A stretch of DNA of 64,000 nucleotides from Chrysomallon squamiferum (lineage: Eukaryota > Animalia > Mollusca): positions 14,198,001 through 14,262,000 of the forward strand of contig CM022668.1 in NCBI GenBank assembly GCA_012295275.1, written 5' to 3'. The notes beneath the pieces were generated by a model, which was not told the DNA's origin, ran no database searches, and saw nothing but the letters and a program-made list of their open reading frames with translations. Position numbers and translations under genes: made by a program. Below, in pieces: positions 1-10,534 of this stretch. The number at the start of each line of letters is the position of its first letter. Within the stretch, counting starts at the first letter, position 1.

Positions 1-3000
1 CAGCCATTAGATCGACGAAGAATTTCGGAAACTTCTCCGAATGATCAAGGTCTATGAAAGTATTGACTTCATTTTGTTCACTGGATTTGAAAGTAATTAA
101 ATAATTAAAAATGTTAAATTTAAAAAAGAAAGAAACGAAAATGGTGTTACACATGAATGTATATATGTGTGTGTGTGTGATAAGAGCACTAACTCAGGAA
201 CGTAACTCACTTGTCAGATAAACTAACGAGTTAATTTTTTAATCAAATGAACAATATTTGAATATAAGAGATCATAAAAATGTTAATATATTTGTCAGAT
301 GAGGAGAACCTGGAAAAAAAAAAAGAAGATTTTAATGATTATAACCACATCAAGCATGGTTCACCAATCTGTTTTATTAATTTTTATTTTACAGATGTAT
401 CAACCTACTATATGTTGTAAAAGAAATGGGGCTGGGCATTTAGAGCTGATTGGCTGTTTTGAAGTATGTATGTGGCACCATTCTGTCTCAAATCCATTAC
501 AGGGCTCATTCCTTGACCAGTAGAAGATTATTTGGAAGATGCTTACAGGAGGTAACATCTTAGAAACAGGGATGAGACAAGCAATTAAATTACAAACTCT
601 ATTAAATATGATCTGCATTCAGTTTTAACAAGTAATACTTGTTTACAAAATTACACAACGTTATCCAAATCTTCAGTGTTTAGACTCTATAGAAAATTTG
701 GCAAAAAGAAATAACATCATTTAAAATTATAAATAATACATTTTTGTTTGATGTGTTTATTTTGAGAATTGTTGTGACTGAATGCATGTGGCTGAAGAAC
801 ATTACCATTTCTGACTTCTAAAGAAAAGAACTTTTGTTAACCTAGCTTAGTCTGCTTTTAGGATGTTTCTAAGTTTTAATCTACAACATCCCATGAATTT
901 GTTTTATGGAGTATCTAGATTATATTGTCACAATAATTATTTGCTGTTTAAACACAGCTTCCAGTGTACTGACAGTTGACTATTCTCTCTTTTAAGCTAC
1001 TTGGAAGCAAACATCAACTTGTCTTGAGGTTGGAGGAGGGCTGATAGTGATGTCCCTGAAACATTACATCAATGTACACAGAACATGTTAAAACACATCT
1101 GATAGGTAACCTTGAAAGCAGCAAACTTTACAATGACAGTGACACATACACTGTTCTTTCCTCTTTTTGTGACACCTATAAAGTTTCACCAATCTCAAAT
1201 GAGGACAAGACTGTTCCAGTGTAAGGAATTTAGAAGGAGTCATTTTTATCAGCAAGCATTGTGTAGCAGTGTTCACTCATTTTGACCTCAGCTGGAACAT
1301 TGAAGCAGTCATCACTGCCGAAATATTATTAATAATTATATATTCCCTAGCAAAGATAACCAGTTTTTTAGATCATTTTTAAAACTTAAAGTGGAGCATG
1401 TAGACATACCTGTTTATTTAACTGTGACTGTGGATCCTGGTAGCCATCCAGCAGATTAGAAAGTGTTGCAAATAGAATGGATGAGTTGCTGCAAGGTATT
1501 CACATATTGTCTTATCTCTACAATACAAAGCATGTCTTTATCAATGCCAGGTTTAGGTTTGGTGAGATTGGCAGGGATATCACTAAGTTCTGATAGTAGT
1601 GCAGTACTGAAAAAGGAGCCAGCTGTTCCTGTTAAATCTATTCAAAGAAACCTTTAGGGAAATTTGTGTGCATAATTTCTACATTACAATATTTATCCGC
1701 TTGTCTAATATTTTTGAATTTATTATCTGTATTAATGTCCTATTTTTCAGCATTTCACAAGTGGCCTTTACTCATGGAACCCATATAGATTAGGTGAAAA
1801 AAAAATACAGTATCAAAAGTCCTCAAAATTTTCAAAAACTAATAAAAGCAAATAAACACTAAAATAGTATTGGGTTAACAATAATTTTATTATCTTCATT
1901 GATTCATTATTATTGAAAATCAAAGAAAAGTCTGGAAAAGTTAAGGGAAGCAAGAACAAATTAGACTTAAAATCTAATTTTAATGTTTTACTTTATTTTA
2001 TTTGACAGATGTGTTCTCAGAAAGACAGTAACAAGATACAGTGGGAATGGAATTTGGAGTTTTTAAAATCTAAAATCTATAAACTCTGAATATGAATGGT
2101 TTAGTTATCTGAAAGTAGCACGGAACCAATGATAGCTTGTGCAGAACCCACTTTAAAAAACCATGACTCTGACTTATGTGAAACTAATTTATTTTGATCC
2201 AAATACCTATTTATTTGTAACTTTTCATATACAGAACTGTAATGAAACTTAAAAATTACATTGAAACTTAAAAATTACTTGTTTAAAACTAAGAAGTTAT
2301 TAAAGAAAAATTTAAAAAATATAAATCCAGCCCAATATGTTGTACCCTGACATATTGTCTCTAATCCAAAGATACATACAACAGATCAAGTATAAGAATA
2401 TTTCATACTGGCATACAGACTATATCAATAGGTTAAATATTATATCACTGAAGTATCTTATTAACTGTTTTGTACAAAGATAACATACAACAGATTATAC
2501 CTGTATGAATGTACTTAATAGTGTAGTATATACTGTATCATTCAAATATCATATTCAATGCATTGTATTGAGATATTATACAACAGATCATATATGAACG
2601 TACGTAAGTGTATAACATGCTTCATACTGATATAGATACTACATCAATAGCATGAAAAAACTACATGACTGAAATGTTAACTGTATGACTAAAGCAGACA
2701 TTTGTGTTTGGTATTTTACTGAGTTTACACACAGAAAATAAAAAAAACTATGAATATATTTACACAGTGTTTGGCACAAATCATCTCATGTGATGTGATT
2801 ATTTCATTGATAACAGTTACACTGTTGCTGAATCATGAGTTCTGCATTGTGTGGTGTCTTCAACTAAAATAGTAAATTTAACATATGTGAATTACAAGAG
2901 TTCTAATATGAGTAATGGGAATGTTAATTTGATTATGTTTTGTAACATGCTTTTTTCACATCAACGGTCTTGCCATTCGTTTTATGGTGTGAAAAAAATA

Positions 3001-3430
3001 CTTGCAAAACTGAATGATTTGTGTTGTCAAATTGTGTTTTATGGCAGGAACTTCAGGTCACCTATGTGAATCATCTAAGAGACATTCACAAAGCTGATCA
3101 TGCCACAGAATTGGTTAAAAGAAGAAGAAATACCAGAAAAAATGTTCTTAGAAGGATCATATCTACATTCCCCTAAGATGAATATTATCTCAATATGATG
3201 ATGATGATGATGATGATAATAATAATAATAATAATAATATAATAATATTAACATGGTTAACATGGTTAGAACAAGACTGTGATATTAATTAAAATCAGCT
3301 AACAGCCATTGTATATTTTATTAGACATATTTAAATAAGATAAGTTACATACATCAACAACTAAAATAAATATTTAAATGACCTACTCAGAAACAATTAT
3401 TTTTATTTATATAACACCAGTGTTAACTAA

Positions 3431-3491
<61 letters not shown>

Positions 3492-3738
3492 TGTTTGTTT
3501 GTTTGTTTGTTGCTATTTTTTTAATTTAATTACTGATAGATAGATATAACAAGGCTTTAATGGGAAGATAAAGATGCTTGATTTGAGAAGCCACAGTAAA
3601 TTTATATAATGATTTTTTTATTTTTTTATTTTTTTATTTTATTAAATAGCTGTTTAATAATTTTATATTACTTCGATGCAAAATATTGAGCAAATTTTAA
3701 TTTGTGCTGGCATACCAAGTGTGTACCTGAACTGCAAG

Positions 3739-3790
<52 letters not shown>

Positions 3791-3954
3791 TAATAATAAT
3801 AATAATAAAGATTTAACCTGTTTTTAGGGACAAGGGGAGATGCCATTCAACAAGTATCGCAGAAATATCCATACTTTCTCAGAATAATACCAGTGGCGTT
3901 TGTCATTATGCATTTCGTTTTCTACGCATGTTAATCGTCCAGTTTCGTACATTT

Positions 3955-4010
3955 TCGGAATACTTTCTCCGGAAATGCCGTTACGTCATAAACAATATGG
4001 TTCATTGGTA
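3955..4010 (+). promoter_or_regulatory. Putative promoter module of gene A (CCGGAAA, TTACGTCA CRE-like, TAAACA forkhead-like)
   Basis: TCCGGAAATGCCGTTACGTCATAAACAATATGGTTCATT resembles the modules upstream of genes B and C. A possible donor (ACAG/GTATAC) lies at ~4032. Confidence 0.45.
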
Positions 4011-4210
4011 GTATTGGAGAAAAATAAACAGGTATACATTACAGAATAATTTGTTTAATTCGAATGGCTATTATATTTCGAAAGTCATCACCGTTATTTG
4101 TTTATTCGTTCATATATATAAAATAGAAAACAAAATTAAATAAACGCTGAAAAGAAATAACACACCATTTTTATTCTGTCGCTCCATTTCAGCGCTTATA
4201 TTTACTGCTA

Positions 4211-4244
<34 letters not shown>

Positions 4245-4313
4245 AATTATTACTGCTGTTATTTTTATTATTATGATTATTATTATCATCATCATCATCA
4301 TAATCATCATTAT

Positions 4314-4407
<94 letters not shown>

Positions 4408-4509
4408 GCTGATCTGTTATACTACTACTATTATTATTATGACTGTTATTGTTATTTTGTTTTATGTGTGTGAGTCTCTGATTGTTCTGGGTATATTTCA
4501 GATGCTGTC

Positions 4510-5492
4510 ATGCGAGTAAGAAAATTCCTCCTGTTTTCGATCGCATTGGCTTTGGGTCAGCACTTGCCAAAGGTAAGTCCTTAAAGAGTACCAGTGCTCA
4601 TCAGTCTTTCCTAATAATAAAGTTTGATAATAAAATAACCAATGTTAAGGAAATGTATATTTCATCGTTTTACTGTTATTTTCTATACACAATAATAATA
4701 ATAAGAAGAAGAAGAAGAAGAAGAAAAGAAGAAGAAGAAGAAGAAAACGAAGTATTCTCAATAATTTGTTTTACACTACATTTTATTTACTTAGTCCAAC
4801 ATTAATTAGGATTAAATAAATAGATAAATATATAAATGCCTATCCCTTAATATAAATATTATAAATCCATATTAATGTGATCTTGTTCAATAAATTATGA
4901 TATGACGCATAAATTAAATCGTCATCCTTGTACTTGTTCGTTTTTTTTTTTTTGGATAAACTCAGAATATTTTATTTTCTCTCTTTTTTTTTTTTTTTTT
5001 TTTTTTTACTGCAGACAAATGATGAGGTTTATGTCAATAATGATGAAGCACGCGGATACATAGTTAATGAACTCGAGGGTTCAGATAATACAAAAGAAAA
5101 TAATAAAGAACCATCGCTGATAGCAAAACAGTTTGAGGAAAGCATAACGCAAGCAGAACCCAAGCTAATGCAAGCAGAAACCATTCTAACGGAAAAGGGG
5201 ACAACGCCTGCGGATGCAACGACGCCAGCTGAAAATAAGTCTCAGTTACCAAACTTGGCACCAGAAAAGGCCATCGGTCCAGCGGACACAACACCTTCAG
5301 TGATAACGACGTCATCATGGGAAACTGAAGTGACACAGAACACCACATCAACATCGGTAAAAACAGAGATATCAGAAAAAAGAGCAACGAGAAAGATTCG
5401 CGAAGCAGTCGAGTTTATACCAGTAAATTATACCTACTTCGACAACTCTACGTATGAACGTCGAGAAGAAAATGCCTCTGCTGTTATTAATG

Positions 5493-5536
<44 letters not shown>

Positions 5537-7237
5537 GACGTTGATGAATACAACGAGGAAGACTGGGCTTACGGGTCTGAACCGCTTTCGTTCTACAAAA
5601 TAATGAACGAAACTCAAGCAGACACCCATCTGAAGACTCTCATAGAACAAGCCGATCGAGACACGAGAGATAAGATTAAAAACATTACGCGAATTGAAAT
5701 CGTAAATGATCAGTCGAACACCACGGAAGAAAAAGAGCATGTGTTCTACCCTACCTATAGCACCGTGAAGCCAGACATGTTTATCTCGGAAAAAGAGCCG
5801 CTGGAAAACGACTTTACCAACGAAACGATGAACACGCCGATTACAATAATCAACACGCAGCGATTGGAACACAGACCACAGAAACCGTTGATTGAAAAGG
5901 TGATAAAAGAAACGAAGTCTATATCGTATGGCCCAAACGTAGGTGGCGTCATATCACAGCAAGAAAAGAGAACAGAAGTTCTAATTTCGCCAGTGAAACA
6001 AATCGTAAGTCCCAAAAAAGCGAAAACTAACATAACATTGTTTAGAAAACTCTTGGCAGATTTGCTCAAAGTTAGACTAGAACTGTTTAGAAAGAAAAAT
6101 AATCTGAGACTAAAAGTTTCGCCCGAAGTTGCATTCACTGTACCAAAGGAGCCTGTGGTAACGAAAGCCGGAACGAGACACCGAAGAATCTTTCTGTCAA
6201 AGCTTCTGGAAATGGAACTGAAATCGTTAAAAAATGATAAAAGGAAAAAAGAAAGACTGAGGGTTATGCTGAAGGAAATTAAATCTTTTTACTACAGATT
6301 AAATCAGATTTACAGAAAGATTTCTCAAGACGAAAATCCCACAACAGAAACCACACCTACAATAATTCCATATAATGACTACTTAGCAGTTCCTGAAACA
6401 ACCATAATTAAGAAGTCGGATTTTAGGAAACATTTAGCAGAGGCTTTGAGAAAGGAGCTGCAGGCTTCTGAATCGAATGAACCCGAGGAAGAAGATACCG
6501 TTTCATCAGCTCAGTTGGAAACAGAAGAAACCGAAAACGAGGTCAGTAATGCTGCTGAAAGCCAAATAACGTCGGTGAAAATTACACAAGAGAATTCAAA
6601 CAACGGAACAGTCGTATCGCAAACGGAAGAGATAATTCAAACCGTTATTTCGCCAAATAAGGAAAACACAAATCTCGAAGATGCTAAGGAAAACGTAACT
6701 GAGCGAAGGCTGCGTTTAGCAGAACTTCTCAAAGAGAGGCTGAAAGTCTCCACAGTTCTAACGACAACTCCACCACCGGCACCAGTGGTCTCCGAAAAAA
6801 CAGAGATAATTAAAACTATTGTTATGCCAGTCCAAAAATTGAAGAGCCCCGAAGAAGAAAAATATAATGTAACATTACGCAGAGAACGTTTGGCAATGCT
6901 TTTGGAAAATAAACTGAAATCTGCAACAAGTCGTGTAACAACTTCTCCACCACCAACACGAGTTGTTTCCCAAGAACAACAGTTAATCCAGACCATTGTC
7001 TTACCAGTGAAAAAAATTATCAAACCTACAAGAACGACGTTAAAAAAGACACCAGTTAACTCGGGTCTGGCAACCATTTTAAAAAATGAACTGGGAAAAA
7101 TGTCAACGAAAAGGAAAGCATTTCGTATGTTGATTCATGTACCAAGAAAACAAAAATTAACAAAAGCGAATAAAAAGTCATTGTTAAAGAGTTTGATTCA
7201 GGTACTGGAAAAGAAATTAAAAACTCCTAGAAAGTAA
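4510..7237 (+). CDS. Gene A: secreted low-complexity acidic/basic repeat protein (~761 aa), join(4510..4572,5015..7237)
   Basis: Exon 4510-4572 encodes MRVRKFLLFSIALALGQHLPK (signal-peptide-like) and ends at a GTAAGT donor. A poly-T/GCAG acceptor precedes 5015, which is in frame (phase 0) with the 769-aa ORF. The protein has a poly-Asp tract, Thr/Glu-rich segments and ~7 RLAxLL-type helices. A CAG acceptor at ~4500 suggests an upstream non-coding exon. Confidence 0.8.
5495..5533 (+). repeat. Coding (GAT)13 microsatellite giving poly-Asp in gene A
   Basis: 13 in-frame GAT codons inside EDDDDDDDDDDDDDEDVDEYNEED. Confidence 0.9.
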
Positions 7238-8523
7238 ATAATACTTTATCACCTAAACAAAAACACGTATAATAAGTCCTAAATGATTGCAAGAGCGTAT
7301 TTTGGCAAAGTTTTAAAAGAAAAGAAAAATAAATCTTACAAAATGGTTATCTGCCAAGGAAACAGACCATAAAAAATGAAAATAAATAAATGTTTTCATT
7401 TCAAAAAATACGATTAGAAGACAAAGCAGAAATAGTCAAGACACCAAATGAAATCTAGGTCACCCTCAAACATGGCCTATTATATTAAAAGAAATTCAAA
7501 CTATTTCGTCGAAACACATGAAATGAAAACTTTAAATAATAAAAGGAGACTGAAACATCACTCAAAGAAAAAGGGACTAAACTACCGAGATAAGGATGAC
7601 GAAATCTTTCAGAAAATAACTAATCTCGCTGCGGCAGGGTTAGATGGTAATACACGAAGAAAAACAAAGTCAACCTGCTAATTACCAAGTAAAAAAACGT
7701 ACACAAATAAATCACAATGTAAACAAACTCTGACAAAGTTGCTAAATGCGAGGCTAATGCCATTTGTGACAATTTATTTTGAAACGTCAACATCTGTACC
7801 AAGAGTTAGAAAAATAGGTTTGAAAAACAAATATATTTCATTATTTTTTCACAAATAAATGGTAATTATTTATTACTTGTTGTGTTTTCTATCTTTCGTG
7901 TTTCTTTGTTTTTTATGCTTTTTTCTTTCTTTCTTTCTTTTTTTTTTTTTTTTTTTTAAGTTGTTGTTCTACATTTATTTATTTATTTATTTTCTTTTAT
8001 TCCTTCTTTTTTATATATTTTATATACATACTGTTTTTAGATTCCATCGTTTACCGGAAAGAAATTTTTTTTTTTTTTTTTTTTTTTGTCTCCTCTCCTA
8101 TGGACTGTAATAAATAGATTATCGTTAATTTCCACCCTTTCAATAGTATGAATTTTTTCTTTTTTTTTTTAAAACCATTTTATATATTTGAATTCTAAAA
8201 TATTTCCACCAATATCCATTATTTTCGAATTTTATTTTTTTAACTTCTTGTAGCTCAGGTAAACAGTTAAAAAGAAATACAGACGGATGGATCAATAGAA
8301 AATGTAAAAATGTTGTTGGAAACAGAGACTTCGAAAATAGTTAATGCTATTAAACAAACTTATTTTTAACATATAACAAAATATGCTACGAAAAACTGAC
8401 TGAACTTTATTTATACTGTTAAGTTTATATAAATCACTGAACTTTCACTGCTTACAAATCTATCGATTCGAATATATTGGTGCGCTGATTTTATAAAGGA
8501 AACACGATAAAGAAGAACCAAGA

Positions 8524-8566
8524 ATGGCAGCATCTTTTACGAATTTTTCGTTATTGCTTCCATTAG
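8524..8566 (+). pseudogene. Orphan copy of LSm5 coding exon 1
   Basis: ATGGCAGCATCTTTTACGAATTTTTCGTTATTGCTTCCATTAG/GTAA (MAASFTNFSLLLPL) versus the true exon ATGGCTGCGCCCTTTACGAATCCATCACAATTGCTTCCATTAG/GT. The 43-nt length and upstream leader match, and no LSm5 exon 2 follows. Confidence 0.75.
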
Positions 8567-8590
8567 GTAATTTATATATATATATGTATA

Positions 8591-8653
<63 letters not shown>

Positions 8654-10231
8654 TCTGATGCTTTCTTTTAATTTCTTTTAATTACTTAGCTGTTAATTTT
8701 TAGCTTAGCTTACCTGGACTACTATAATATGAGTGTAATGATGTTTATTAATGTCACTAAATATATTTCTATGTTTGTTTACATCTCATATGTATCGTTT
8801 CGTCGCCACGAACTTATTTTGTGTGAATATCATTTTTAATTGCTCATTAGTACTATTAAATTATGATCACATTTTGTTCACAGATATTTAATAATATCTG
8901 ATTTGAGCTTGTACACAAATAATCATCTGGCAATATTGTTTAAAGTAATATGCAGCTATTTAGATCTGTTGATTATTTACTAGTTTACACTCAAATGTAA
9001 ACAAAAAAACTCAAAATAGCTCTCTCTTTCTTCATTTTAAATTTAGAACTGACTACAAATAATCTCCAAACAACATCCGCCAAAAAATAACCAGAAACAT
9101 TATCCAGTACAGAATGGTACATGAAGAAATATCTAAATGGTACAAAGAGATGAAAAGATGTTTTCAATATTACAATGCTGTGGTTTAGGAACAGAAAATC
9201 TCTAAACTTCTTTACATTGTCATTGTTTGAAGTCCTGGTAAGTGATTAACTCATGATTTTTTTTTTTTTTTTTCATAGATTTTCTTTATAAAACTGTTGT
9301 ATAAATGTGATGCTAAATTATCTGAGCCATCTAAAGCATTGTCACTTAAGTCTAAATTATTTATTTCATTGATTTATATTTTATTCTTTATTTATAATAT
9401 CCTTTAATTCTTATTTTATTTTATTTTATTATTTATATATTATTTATATATTTATTTTTTCACGTTTCAATACTAACTGTTTGGTAAATAATGGAGAAAT
9501 AACGAACAAATCTGTGAATTCACATTTCTATGTAAAACCACCCTGGACATATTTAAGTAAATCGAAATCATAATAATAATAAATGAATAATAACAAGAAG
9601 AAAAAAAAAAACAAAGAGTAATTGTTAATTGTATACATTTATTAGCATCACACACACACACACACAATAATAAAAATAAATATAAAATAAATAAATAAAT
9701 AATAATAATAATAATATAAATAATAATAATAATATTAATAACAGTATTTTAAAAGAAAATAAAAAAAAAATGAATAATAATAATTAATAATAATGATTAT
9801 GACGATGATGATATAATAAATAATAAAACATTTATCAGCATAAAAAAAGAAACACACATATAAAAATAAAAAATAAAAAAATAATAATAATAATAATAAT
9901 TTTTAAAAAAAATCAAATAAAAAAATAAAAAGGAGAAAAGTGAAGAAAAAAATAAAATAAATTATAATAAAAAAAAAAGAAATAATTAACAATAATAATG
10001 ATGATGATGATAATAATAATAAATAAATTAAATAATAAAACGTTAATCAGCATAAAAAACACACAAAATAATAATAATGATAATAATAATAACAAAAATT
10101 CAAATAATAACAGTACTTAAAAACAAATAATTAAAAATAATAATAAATAAATAAAAAATAATGATGATGATGATAATAATAATGATAAAATAAATAATAA
10201 AACATTTATCAGCATAACACACAAACACACA

Positions 10232-10268
<37 letters not shown>

Positions 10269-10534
10269 TAAAAAAAAATGAAGAAAAAGTAAATAAAAAA
10301 AATTCGGATTCAAACACACACACACACACACAGACACATAAAATAATAATAATAAATAAAACAAAATAAAATTAAATAAATAATAATAATAAATAAATAA
10401 ATAAATAATAATGATAATAATAATAAACATTTAATAAAAAAAAAATAATACAAATTAATACAAATAAGAGTAAGAATAATAATTAAAGAAAAAGAAATAA
10501 GTGGAAAAAAGAAAAAAAAAATGAAGAAAAAAAA

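Noticed and set aside
1-1800. Possible terminal exon (PLDRRRISETSPNDQGL*, 4-57) and coding-like patches at 400-1650
   Set aside because: The frames are short and interrupted, with no recognisable family. They may be an upstream gene end or a decayed TE, but cannot be supported from this window.
3075-4473. Short ORFs of poly-I/Y/T/H/L here and throughout the window (e.g. 9.9-10.4 kb, 14.0-14.3 kb, 61 kb)
   Set aside because: They are translations of (ATT)n, (ACT)n, (CT)n and (CA)n microsatellites.
4928-5014. Hydrophobic N-terminus MYLFVFFFL... of the 769-aa ORF as a signal peptide
   Set aside because: It is the translated polypyrimidine tract of the intron. The better-supported leader is exon 4510-4572.
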